DNA of 64,000 nt. It comes from an uncultured bacterium (GTDB lineage Bacteria; Verrucomicrobiota; Verrucomicrobiia; Verrucomicrobiales; DEV007). The notes beneath the pieces are model-generated. The model was not told the origin of the DNA. It saw only the letters and a program-made list of their open reading frames with translations, and made no database searches. The position numbers were made by a program, and so were the translations under genes. The stretch lies in NCBI GenBank assembly GCA_963977015.1, contig CAXBMO010000001.1, positions 32,001 through 96,000 of the forward strand, given 5' to 3'. Position 1 is the first letter of the stretch, and each line of letters opens with the position of its first letter. Shown here piece after piece: positions 38,755 through 47,738 of the stretch.

Positions 38755-38961
38755 ATGAATCATTGGAGAAACTTTATTCAAGGGTTCCGGGCGCGCTCGC
38801 TCGAGAGTCACAAAGAAGAACGGGAGCGGCTGGAGCTCCAACTCGAGTTTCGTCCGAAAAAGCCCTCTTCCCGGACTCAGCCCGAACGAAAAGTGGCCGA
38901 GACTTTTGAACCTCCATCCATGAGCGGCGATCCCGACATTGATGATGTTCGATACCTTTAG
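38755..38961 (+). CDS. Small hypothetical protein
   Basis: 68 aa with strong SD (AGGAGGT) and an upstream TATCCT -10-like element; fills the intergenic gap. Confidence 0.6.
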   Translation: MNHWRNFIQGFRARSLESHKEERERLELQLEFRPKKPSSRTQPERKVAETFEPPSMSGDPDIDDVRYL

Positions 38962-39863
38962 CTCTTAGGGCAGAGCGCTTCCGCGTCTGTGCGAACGGCG
39001 TCCAGAAAGGTTGGGTAAATGGGTTCCCAGCCAAAGTCGCGCAGCTTCTGATTGCTGATCTGTTTGTGCGTCCAGCCCCGTTTACGATTGTGATCCGGGG
39101 GACCTTCGGGAGGGCGGGGGAGGCCGAAATGCTCTGACAGCGCAATGTAGGTCGCCTTCTGCGACGTCGGATTGCCGTCGGAAACGTTGAAGATTTCACC
39201 GCGAGCGTCTTCTTCGTGGATCAGCAAGGTGGCGATTGCTCCCACGACGTCGTCGCGATGGATTTGATTCAGGAATCGGCTTGGCCCCGTTTCGATAATC
39301 GCCGTTTTATTGAGAAATTTCTTCAGGAGCACCGATCGGCCGGGTCCATAGAGACCGGCGAGACGAGCCACAATCCCGCCTTGTGAGATGACGAAGTTTT
39401 CGGCTTTTCGGAGGATTTTGCCGGTTTCGCGCTCGGGTTCGGCAGAACTCAGCTCGGTCACCACTTCCCCGGCGATTTGCGGATAGACGCTCGTGCTGGA
39501 GGTGAAAAGCAGGCAGGCTCCGGGGAAGCTGGTTGCCAGATTACGACATCCTTGGTGATAAACTTTATCGTAGGCGTCGAGTTTTCCGCGACCGGAGCTG
39601 GCGCAATGAACGATCTGGAGTTGAGAAGAATCGATTGGGAGGTTTTGAGCGAATTTCGCGACCTCGTCGGGAGAACTGATGTCGCAGGCATGAACGTCGA
39701 ACGTCACTTCGCGACGCAGCTCCTCAGCAGAAGTTTGCGAATGCGTAAGTCCGATCACCTTTCGTCCGGACTCGACCAGGTGCAGAGCCAAGGCGCGCCC
39801 CACATACCCGCATCCCGCAATGAGGACGGTTTTTGAGGAATTCTTTTCGAGGGGATCATCCAT
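38958..39863 (-). CDS. NAD-dependent epimerase/dehydratase (atypical SDR)
   Basis: IAGCGYVG, FTSSTSVY, RLAGLYGPGR, NQIHRDD. Confidence 0.9.
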   Translation of the reverse strand: MDDPLEKNSSKTVLIAGCGYVGRALALHLVESGRKVIGLTHSQTSAEELRREVTFDVHACDISSPDEVAKFAQNLPIDSSQLQIVHCASSGRGKLDAYDKVYHQGCRNLATSFPGACLLFTSSTSVYPQIAGEVVTELSSAEPERETGKILRKAENFVISQGGIVARLAGLYGPGRSVLLKKFLNKTAIIETGPSRFLNQIHRDDVVGAIATLLIHEEDARGEIFNVSDGNPTSQKATYIALSEHFGLPRPPEGPPDHNRKRGWTHKQISNQKLRDFGWEPIYPTFLDAVRTDAEALCPKS

Positions 39864-41319
39864 TGGGGATTCGTTTCCGATGCTGGCGATAATACGCGGC
39901 AACGCCCTCGGAAGCTGCATCGGCATACTCCTGATAAATATTGATGCGCTCTTTGCCGTGAATCCAGCGAGTCCCGGCATACTCGCCTGCTTGAACCCGG
40001 TCATAGGTGAGCTTGTGATTCATGACGTGCGGCTCAAAAAAGACGATCGGACTCTCGTAAACACGAGTCGCGAGCAGGTTTCGAGACCAGACGAACGGGT
40101 TCGGGCTGACCCGTTTGGCGTTGTTCCGCAGATACACGTATGGAGGAAGTTCCGTCGTGTTTGCCATGACGTTGGCGACGGTCTGCGAGACCGCGAGTTC
40201 CTCCGGGTGCGTCCGCTGCAAAAGCCGGCGCAGCAATTCAAACCGTTGGTCGTCGTAGGCGATTTCACCGGCGCTGTAGCAACCGTTGATGAGGATGTGA
40301 AGATGGTTTTTATCGACAAAATCGGGATCGCTCGGGTCGCCCCAGCCTTCCGCATTGACGTGGAGACAGAGCGTCAAATCGGGTTTGAACTGATGGTTGA
40401 TGCGCTCGGCCCGGTATCGAATCTCATCGGTGCGGTAGAACAGAATTTCCGAGTATTTGCGCAGCGATTTGTTGGTCGCGGGATCGGCGTCGGGTGGATA
40501 GTTGCCCCATTCTCGCGCCAAGTCGACGTAGTCCTCGGGGCGCTTCGCATTGACCGGGCGGTTCTCCCGACGAACCAGCGCGACGCGGGCGCCCATTCGG
40601 GTGAGATTCTCCTCCAACAACTCGCCTACCCGCATCACAATCTCTCCTTCTTTTACCGGAAAGGTCGAATCGTCTGCGACTTCTTCCAGATTTTCAGGGG
40701 AGGTTTCCGGGGCCGCTTCGGCGGGCTCGGACTCAGTTTCCGCTTCAGAAACTTCCTCAATCTTGGGAGCAATTTTGAACCAACGTTCCTCCATTTGAGC
40801 CCAAAGTCCGCCGATATGCCCCGGATCGATCGCGATTCGCATCCCTTCGAGCGGTTTTTCGGGATCGCGAATCGGAGGCAATTCCGCTGCAGATCGCCAA
40901 TATTTGGGAATGACTTCCTTGGATTCTCCGGCGAAGCGGAGCTCAAAAACATCGTCGGGACGTTTGAAGTCTTTCACGATGCGGGCGTGATCTTCCAGAA
41001 TCTCGATGAAGTTCCCGGCTGATTTCTCGTTTTCGCAATAATTGGTCAGCAGTTCGCGCTCAAAGTCCTCCCGTGAAATGGTTTCCTGATAGGCTTCAAG
41101 TTGTGACCAGTCTGGAAATTCCGCTAATTTCGAAATCTTTTTTTCGTTATCGGCGAATAGGTTCGCCCCCAGCCCAACAAACGTGAGGAAAACCGACAAC
41201 CAGCTGACCCTGAGACTCGTTGTGCAACGCGAAAATGGCCACTTCTTGTTGAAGGTTGCTCTTGCTGATCCGGAAATTTGGGATTGGCTTGGAAAAATTA
41301 TTGTCACGCTTATCAACAC
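39856..41319 (-). CDS. N-acetylmuramoyl-L-alanine amidase (Amidase_3-like), exported
   Basis: IAIDPGH, E, LCLHVNA, FFEP Zn/catalytic motifs. Start uncertain: signal-like segment begins ~35 codons in. Confidence 0.75.
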   Translation of the reverse strand: MLISVTIIFPSQSQISGSARATFNKKWPFSRCTTSLRVSWLSVFLTFVGLGANLFADNEKKISKLAEFPDWSQLEAYQETISREDFERELLTNYCENEKSAGNFIEILEDHARIVKDFKRPDDVFELRFAGESKEVIPKYWRSAAELPPIRDPEKPLEGMRIAIDPGHIGGLWAQMEERWFKIAPKIEEVSEAETESEPAEAAPETSPENLEEVADDSTFPVKEGEIVMRVGELLEENLTRMGARVALVRRENRPVNAKRPEDYVDLAREWGNYPPDADPATNKSLRKYSEILFYRTDEIRYRAERINHQFKPDLTLCLHVNAEGWGDPSDPDFVDKNHLHILINGCYSAGEIAYDDQRFELLRRLLQRTHPEELAVSQTVANVMANTTELPPYVYLRNNAKRVSPNPFVWSRNLLATRVYESPIVFFEPHVMNHKLTYDRVQAGEYAGTRWIHGKERINIYQEYADAASEGVAAYYRQHRKRIPNG

Positions 41320-41336
41320 ATTACCTTTACGCTTAC

Positions 41337-42131
41337 ATGCTGCGAATTCTATTTCTGGGTGACATCGTTGGCCAATGTGGCCGCAAAGCCGTCATGGCGA
41401 GGCTGCCCGATCTGAAACGAGAGCGCGAAATTGATTTCGCGATAGTGAATGGAGAAAACAGTGCTGGTGGAAGGGGGATTACGCCGAAAATCGCGATCGA
41501 CCTGTTGAGAGCTGGCGCTGCAGTCGTGACAACGGGAGATCATGTGTGGGATCAGCCGGATTTGATTCCTTATCTGCCGACAGAGCCAAGAGTTCTGCGA
41601 CCACTCAATTATCCGGAGGATACTCCAGGATTCGGATCGGTGGTTCTTGAGACCAAGAAAGGTAAGGTCGGGGTAATTAACGCGCAGGGGAGAACCTTTA
41701 TGCGACAGGAATTGGAGAATCCCTTCCTCATGATCGGGGCCGAGGTCGCGAGAATGCGGGAAGAAACGCCCATAATTTTTGTCGATTTTCACGCGGAAAC
41801 GACCAGCGAGAAACACGCAATGGGGCGACATCTGGACGGATCCGTTTCTGCCATGGTGGGAACGCATACCCATGTCCAGACCGCAGATGAACAGGTTTTT
41901 CCCGGAGGAACGGCGTTTCTTTGCGATGCCGGAATGTGTGGTTCGGCAGATTCGGTGATTGGTTCAACGCCTGAGTCGGTTCTGAAACGATTTGTGACCG
42001 CGATGCCGACGAAGTTCATCTTGGCCAAATCGAACATTCGGTTGCACGGAGCGATTATTGATGTCGATGAGACCACCGGAAAGGCGATTCAGATTGAACG
42101 CCTCGTTGAGGATTTTGTGCAGCCGGCGTAA
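41337..42131 (+). CDS. ymdB: YmdB family metallophosphoesterase (TIGR00282-type)
   Basis: LGDIVG, NGEN, TTGDH, DFHAETTSEK, GTHTHVQTAD, DAGM.G. Confidence 0.93.
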   Translation: MLRILFLGDIVGQCGRKAVMARLPDLKREREIDFAIVNGENSAGGRGITPKIAIDLLRAGAAVVTTGDHVWDQPDLIPYLPTEPRVLRPLNYPEDTPGFGSVVLETKKGKVGVINAQGRTFMRQELENPFLMIGAEVARMREETPIIFVDFHAETTSEKHAMGRHLDGSVSAMVGTHTHVQTADEQVFPGGTAFLCDAGMCGSADSVIGSTPESVLKRFVTAMPTKFILAKSNIRLHGAIIDVDETTGKAIQIERLVEDFVQPA

Positions 42132-42214
42132 GGAAAATTGGCCGAAAAGTCGCCATTGTCAGCGGCTTAATCGTAAGCCGCTGAGTTTGTCCAGAAAAAA
42201 CCCTACGGATCTTT

Positions 42215-42250
42215 TTGACAGATTTAGGCAACCGTATAATATGCCCTCCG
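42215..42250 (+). promoter_or_regulatory. Sigma-70 promoter of the tRNA-Thr/tuf operon
   Basis: TTGACA (42215), then TATAAT (42235, 14-nt spacer) overlapping TAATAT (42237, 16-nt spacer), then a GC-rich discriminator GCCCTCCG. Confidence 0.75.
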
Positions 42251-42378
42251 CTCTGGAAGCTGTGTTTTCTGACCGAGTGACCGTTTCTCTAATCCGGAAC
42301 GAGATCTTTTAGGGAGCCAGTCGACAGGCTGACAGGGGTCGATGCACCTCATCCGTGTGGCCTCTGTTCTAAGCTAAG

Positions 42379-42450
<72 letters not shown>

Positions 42451-42572
42451 CCTGTTACATTACCAATTACAAATCCTACTGAATTAAACAACCATACCGG
42501 TCGCTTCGTTACCAACACTACCTAACGTCGACGCCCACTGAACTCTAGACTCTCTTACGAGACCCACGCAAA

Positions 42573-43757
42573 ATGGCTAAGGAAGCATTTGAACGTAATA
42601 AACCGCACGTGAACGTCGGAACCATCGGTCACGTCGACCACGGAAAAACCACCCTCACGGCTGCGATCTGCCACACTTTGGCGGAATTAGGTTTCGCTGA
42701 GAAGAAGGACTACGACGAAATTGACGCTGCTCCTGAGGAGAAAGAGCGCGGTATCACGATTTCCACCGCTCACGTTGAGTATGAGACCGAAAATCGCCAC
42801 TATGCTCACGTGGACTGCCCTGGGCACGCTGACTATGTGAAGAACATGATCACCGGTGCTGCTCAGATGGATGGAGCGATTCTTGTCTGCAGTGCTGCTG
42901 ACGGCCCAATGCCTCAGACTCGTGAGCACATCCTGCTTGCTCGCCAGGTTGGTGTTCCTGCGATCGTTGTGTTCTTGAACAAGGTTGATCAGGTGGATGA
43001 TGAAGAGCTTCTTGAGCTCGTTGAAATCGAAGTTCGCGACCTTCTCAGTCAGTATGAATTTCCTGGTGACGATATTCCTGTCGTGATGGGATCTGCTCTT
43101 AAGGCGCTGGAAGGTGATACGACTCAAAAAGACAACATCATGAAGTTGATGGCGGCAGTGGATGACTACATCCCACAGCCAGATCGTCCGATCGATCAGG
43201 ATTTCTTGATGCCTGTCGAGGATGTCTTCTCGATTGAAGGTCGCGGAACGGTTGCTACCGGTCGTGTTGAGCGGGGAATCGTCAAGAAGATGGAAGAGGT
43301 TGAAATCGTTGGTATTCGCGACACGCAGAAGACCACGGTTACTGACATCGAGATGTTCCGGAAGTTGCTCGACGAGGGGCGCGCTGGTGACAATGTCGGT
43401 CTCCTTCTTCGGGGAACGAAAAAGTCTGATATCGAGCGTGGCCAGGTGATTGCCAAGCCGGGCACCATCACTCCTCACTGCAAATTCAACGCAGAGGTTT
43501 ATGTTTTGAGCAAGGATGAAGGTGGTCGCCACACTCCATTCTTCAGCAACTACCGCCCACAGTTTTATTTTCGGACCACGGACGTGACCGGCAGCATCAA
43601 GCTTCCTGATGGAGTTGAGATGGTTATGCCTGGCGACAATGTCACGATGGAAGTGGAGTTGATTACTCCGATTGCAATGGAGAAGACCATTCGCTTCGCG
43701 ATTCGTGAAGGCGGTCGCACGGTTGGTGCTGGTCGTGTTGCTGACATTCTGGACTAG
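42573..43757 (+). CDS. tuf: Elongation factor Tu
   Basis: [39 protein letters not shown]. Confidence 0.99.
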   Translation: MAKEAFERNKPHVNVGTIGHVDHGKTTLTAAICHTLAELGFAEKKDYDEIDAAPEEKERGITISTAHVEYETENRHYAHVDCPGHADYVKNMITGAAQMDGAILVCSAADGPMPQTREHILLARQVGVPAIVVFLNKVDQVDDEELLELVEIEVRDLLSQYEFPGDDIPVVMGSALKALEGDTTQKDNIMKLMAAVDDYIPQPDRPIDQDFLMPVEDVFSIEGRGTVATGRVERGIVKKMEEVEIVGIRDTQKTTVTDIEMFRKLLDEGRAGDNVGLLLRGTKKSDIERGQVIAKPGTITPHCKFNAEVYVLSKDEGGRHTPFFSNYRPQFYFRTTDVTGSIKLPDGVEMVMPGDNVTMEVELITPIAMEKTIRFAIREGGRTVGAGRVADILD

Positions 43758-43931
43758 GTTCGGCTCTGCCGAATTCTAATCCGTTTGGATTGAATTTTGC
43801 GCAGCGCGGTGGGTGAGAGCCCATCGCGCTCGCTGACTCTAGAGGGACTGCCTTTGGAGTCTGGAATTGTAAATAACAGAGAGAGTGCTAATTTGTGGCG
43901 TTCTCTTGATTTGATGAAGAATTTTGACAAA

Positions 43932-44007
43932 AGGGTAGTAGCTCAATTGGTAGAGTAGTGGTCTCCAAAACCATTGGTTGTGGGTTCGAGTCCCGCCTGC
44001 CCTGCCA
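43932..44007 (+). tRNA. tRNA-Trp(CCA)
   Basis: AGGGTAG/CTGCCCT acceptor stem, GTGGT-CTCCAAA-ACCAT anticodon arm, GGTTCGAGTCC, encoded CCA. Confidence 0.97.
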
Positions 44008-44039
44008 CTTTTTGAGTATACCGACTAAACGAGAGAATC

Positions 44040-44276
44040 ATGGTCCGCCGCATCCAGAAATACATTGGCGAAGTCAAGACTGAGCTTCACAAGGCAACTT
44101 GGCCTTGGGATCCCAAGGAAAAGGGGATGAAGAAGTATAAGGAACTGATCGATTCAACGGTTGTGGTTCTCATCGCGATGATCTTGCTGGGTGGATACGT
44201 TGCATTCGGGGATTTGATCTTGATCAACGTCATGAAGCTTCTCACTCGTGGTCTCCCCGGTGGGGATGTGGGTTAA
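44040..44276 (+). CDS. secE: Preprotein translocase subunit SecE
   Basis: EL.KATWP motif plus one TM helix; canonical position between tRNA-Trp and nusG. Confidence 0.93.
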   Translation: MVRRIQKYIGEVKTELHKATWPWDPKEKGMKKYKELIDSTVVVLIAMILLGGYVAFGDLILINVMKLLTRGLPGGDVG

Positions 44277-44299
44277 CCCGGAAATTTATCGATTACATC

Positions 44300-44875
44300 A
44301 TGGCTCTAGTCCCATCTCCAGAAGATCAATGGTATGTCGTTCACGTTTTGTCCGGACAGGAACAGAATGTGGTGAACAGTCTCAATCGGCGTATTGAGTC
44401 GGAAGAGATGTCTGATGTCATCTTCCAGGTGCTGGTGCCTACCGAGCGAGTCTCTGAGGTTAAGAAGGGGAAGAAGACGGAAACCACGCGGAAGTTCTAT
44501 CCTGGTTACATCATTGTAAACATGCATCTCTACAATGATGATTTTCACACGATGGTGGAGCGGACCTGGTATTTCATCCAGGAGACGCCGGGAGTTATCA
44601 ATTTTGCCGGCGGTAAGGACCGCCCGTTCCCGATGCGTAAGTCGGAAGTTGAGCAGATGAAGGCTCAAATCGAGGCGAGTGAAGACGGCGCTGTTCCCAA
44701 GGTTCAGTTTGAGATTGGCGAGACGGTCAAAGTCGCCGATGGGCCATTCGAGAGTCAGAACGGAACGGTCGAGGAGATCGATCTCGAAAAAGGCAAGCTT
44801 CAGGTCACGGTGGAAGTCTTTGGGCGTCCCACACCTGTTGAGTTGGAATTTTGGCAGGTTGAACGGATTCAGTAA
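44300..44875 (+). CDS. nusG: Transcription termination/antitermination factor NusG
   Basis: WYVVHV.SG.E, FYPGY, KOW motif V.DGPF, VFGRPTPVEL. Confidence 0.98.
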   Translation: MALVPSPEDQWYVVHVLSGQEQNVVNSLNRRIESEEMSDVIFQVLVPTERVSEVKKGKKTETTRKFYPGYIIVNMHLYNDDFHTMVERTWYFIQETPGVINFAGGKDRPFPMRKSEVEQMKAQIEASEDGAVPKVQFEIGETVKVADGPFESQNGTVEEIDLEKGKLQVTVEVFGRPTPVELEFWQVERIQ

Positions 44876-44922
44876 CTGCCCCCAAACAGAACGAAGAACT
44901 CTTTTTTTAGAAACTCAGAATC

Positions 44923-45348
44923 ATGGCCAAAGAAGTCATCAAACAAATCAAACTGCAGATCCCTGCGGGCCAAGCCAATCCGTCTCCTCCAGTGGGGCCA
45001 GCTCTTGGTCAGGCTGGTGTCAACATCATGGGGTTTTGCAAGGAATTCAACGCAGCTACCCAGGCGCAATCCGGAAATTTGCTTCCGACCGTCATCACGG
45101 TTTACAAGGACCAGAGCTTCTCGTTTATCACGAAGCAGCCGCCGGCAGCCGTTCTGCTGAAGAAAGCCGCCAATATCGCCGCCGGGTCAGGAGAGCCGCA
45201 CAAGAAGAAGGTTGCCCAACTTACCAAGGAGAAGCTGATGGAAGTGGTGAAGATGAAGATTGAGGATCTCAATACGGACGACGAAGAAGCAGCTGCTCGC
45301 GTTCTTGCCGGAACTGCGCGCCAGATGGGGATCGATATCGTCGATTGA
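44923..45348 (+). CDS. rplK: 50S ribosomal protein L11
   Basis: [28 protein letters not shown]. Confidence 0.99.
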   Translation: MAKEVIKQIKLQIPAGQANPSPPVGPALGQAGVNIMGFCKEFNAATQAQSGNLLPTVITVYKDQSFSFITKQPPAAVLLKKAANIAAGSGEPHKKKVAQLTKEKLMEVVKMKIEDLNTDDEEAAARVLAGTARQMGIDIVD

Positions 45349-45365
45349 TTATTTTTAACGAAAAC

Positions 45366-45401
45366 TGCAGGAGGGCCCGAGACGGGTTCGTTTGAACTGC
45401 A
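45366..45401 (+). promoter_or_regulatory. Putative L1-binding autoregulatory mRNA element upstream of rplA
   Basis: TGCAG-GAG-GGCCCG-AGA-CGGGTTC-GTTTGAA-CTGCA: two stems flanking an asymmetric GGAG/GAA loop, as in L1 leaders. Confidence 0.6.
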
Positions 45402-45409
45402 CCAATACA

Positions 45410-46117
45410 ATGCCCAAAAAACGAAGTAAGCGATATGTGAAGGCTGCCGAGATGGTGGACTTCAAAAAACAGTATGCTCTGAGTGATGCGGTGGAAGTCA
45501 TCAAAAAGTTTCCCGCTCCCAAGTTCGATCAGAGTATCACCATCAGCTTCAAGCTCGGAGTTGATCCTCGGAAATCCGACCAAATGGTCCGCGGAACTTG
45601 TGCTCTGCCGCACGGGAGTGGTAAGGAAGTGAAAGTCGTCGTTTTCGCCGAGGGTGAAGCCGCGATCGCTGCCAAAAATGCCGGAGCCGAGCATGTTGGA
45701 TATGAGGACCTGCTCAAGAAAGTCAAAGACGGCTTTACTGACTTTGACGTTGCCATTGCAACTCCAGCCGCGATGGCGGAAGTGAGAAAGCTGGGCCGGG
45801 TGTTGGGGCCGAGAGGTTTGATGCCCAATCCAAAAACTGGAACCGTCACGGACGATACGGCTACTGCGATTCAGGAAGTGAAAGCCGGACGGGTAGATTT
45901 CAAAATCGATCGCAATTCCAACGTGTCTGTCCCAGTTGGAAAAGTCTCGTTTGAGCCTCAGCAATTGGTTGAGAACACGAAGGCTGTCATTGATGCAATT
46001 TCAACGGCGAAGCCTGCATCCGCAAAAGGAGTCTTCGTTCAGGCGATGACACTGGCGGCGACGATGTCCCCTGGAATCTCGGTGGACTCCGCCGGGTTGA
46101 TCAAAGCAACAGTGTAA
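45410..46117 (+). CDS. rplA: 50S ribosomal protein L1
   Basis: LGVDPRKSDQMVRG, LGPRGLMPNPKTGTVT, TMSPG. Confidence 0.99.
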   Translation: MPKKRSKRYVKAAEMVDFKKQYALSDAVEVIKKFPAPKFDQSITISFKLGVDPRKSDQMVRGTCALPHGSGKEVKVVVFAEGEAAIAAKNAGAEHVGYEDLLKKVKDGFTDFDVAIATPAAMAEVRKLGRVLGPRGLMPNPKTGTVTDDTATAIQEVKAGRVDFKIDRNSNVSVPVGKVSFEPQQLVENTKAVIDAISTAKPASAKGVFVQAMTLAATMSPGISVDSAGLIKATV

Positions 46118-46138
46118 CTTTAGAGACGGAGAATTACG

Positions 46139-46687
46139 ATGAGTGAGACCCAAACAGCGGAAAAACAGCCCCGCAATGCAGATAAAACGACGATCATTGA
46201 CTCAATTCTTGAGGACATCAATGGCTCGGCTTTTATCATTCTGACCGAATACACCGGCATCACGGTGGATCAGTTTGGTGAGTTGCGGAAGCGATTGCGT
46301 GCGACCGGCTCAAAATGCCAGGTTGCCAAGAACACCTTCGTTCGCGAAGCGCTGAGAAGTGCTGAGGCACCGAGTGAGATTGAAGAAAGCCTCAAGGGGC
46401 AGACTGCGATCGTAACCGGCGAACAGGATATTTGTGCTGCGGCCAAGGTTCTGAAAGACTTTGCCAAAGAGTTTGAGAAGCCGGCATTGAGGTCGGGAAT
46501 TCTGGACGGGAAGTACATCAGCGAAGACGAGATTCGCGGCCTTGCCGATCTTCCTCCCAAGCCGGTCCTGTTGGCCCAGCTTCTGGGCGTTCTGAATGCA
46601 CCCGGTTCCAAACTGGTTCGCACCATCAACGAGCCAGGCGCATCACTGGCCCGCTTGTTGCAAGCGAAGGCAGACAAAGGCGAGTAA
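46139..46687 (+). CDS. rplJ: 50S ribosomal protein L10
   Basis: Y.GITV, LR..LR, VAKNT, LADLP; synteny. Confidence 0.96.
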   Translation: MSETQTAEKQPRNADKTTIIDSILEDINGSAFIILTEYTGITVDQFGELRKRLRATGSKCQVAKNTFVREALRSAEAPSEIEESLKGQTAIVTGEQDICAAAKVLKDFAKEFEKPALRSGILDGKYISEDEIRGLADLPPKPVLLAQLLGVLNAPGSKLVRTINEPGASLARLLQAKADKGE

Positions 46688-46820
46688 ACAAAAAATTTGA
46701 ACTGATGGCCCGAATCATCCGGGCCTGATTATTAAAACATAAAAGGTTCCTTGTCGGCTTCGCGGCGGCGTTGCTAAAACGGAAGGACGCTTTCTTCCAC
46801 GACGATACCAAAACTACAAA

Positions 46821-47204
46821 ATGGCTGATCTAGACAAAATTAAAGACGAGCTCAACAAGCTCACCATCCTTGAAGTGGCCGAATTGGTCAAAACCCTCGA
46901 AGAAGAGTGGGGCGTAAGCGCTGCTGCACCTGTTGCTGCGATTGCAGCTGCTGGGGGTGGCGACGGCGGCGGAGAAGCTGCTGAAGAGAAAACCGAATTC
47001 GACATCGTTCTCGATGGATTCGGAGACAACAAGATCGCAGTGATTAAGGAAGTTCGTGGAGCCGTTCCAGGCCTCGGACTTGCTGACGCCAAGAAGATGG
47101 TGGAAGCTGCTCCTTCAACGTTGCGTGAAGGCGTTGCCAAGGAAGAAGCTGAAGAGATCAAAAAGAAGCTCGAAGAAGCTGGAGCAAAGATTACCCTCAA
47201 GTAA
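46821..47204 (+). CDS. rplL: 50S ribosomal protein L7/L12
   Basis: [37 protein letters not shown]. Confidence 0.99.
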   Translation: MADLDKIKDELNKLTILEVAELVKTLEEEWGVSAAAPVAAIAAAGGGDGGGEAAEEKTEFDIVLDGFGDNKIAVIKEVRGAVPGLGLADAKKMVEAAPSTLREGVAKEEAEEIKKKLEEAGAKITLK

Positions 47205-47230
47205 TTTTTTAGTCCTATCTCTTTCAATTT

Positions 47231-47262
47231 GCCGTCCTTGGATTTCCAAGGGCGGCTTTTTT
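47231..47262 (+). terminator. Intrinsic terminator/attenuator after rplL
   Basis: GCCGTCCTTGGA-TT-TCCAAGGGCGGC-TTTTTT. Confidence 0.85.
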
Positions 47263-47738
47263 GTGAAGGAAAAGAGGTTGGAAATGGGGCTTGGCTAAAA
47301 TTTTTCCGGAAATCTTAAGTTTTTTGCGTACAAGGCTCTTGACATTTTGCAAATTATCCGTTCTCTACCGTTCGGATTTTGCACCTGCGTTGGAAATTGA
47401 CGAAATGAGTCTCCAAGTTTGGCGTCCCTTTCTACGATTTCCTCCTTTGAACCTTTCTCGACGAGAGTCCCCGGCCTTCTCTGAATTCAGATCTTCCAAG
47501 TTATACTCGTAACGCTCAGTTCGAGGTCTTTGATGGACCCCGAATGGGTGTTTTTGTGTCGAGTAGGAGCGAGGTGCAATCTTCCAACCTTTAGAACTAT
47601 AGCAATCATACGGCTGGAATCGATTACTTTTTTCAGTCGGCCCCTTCCGAATCCGGATCGATGACCCCGGAGCATACTCCGCGAGACTTATCGCGGCTCA
47701 CTTAAATCATAACGCCACAACCCTAGACTCCAACGAGC

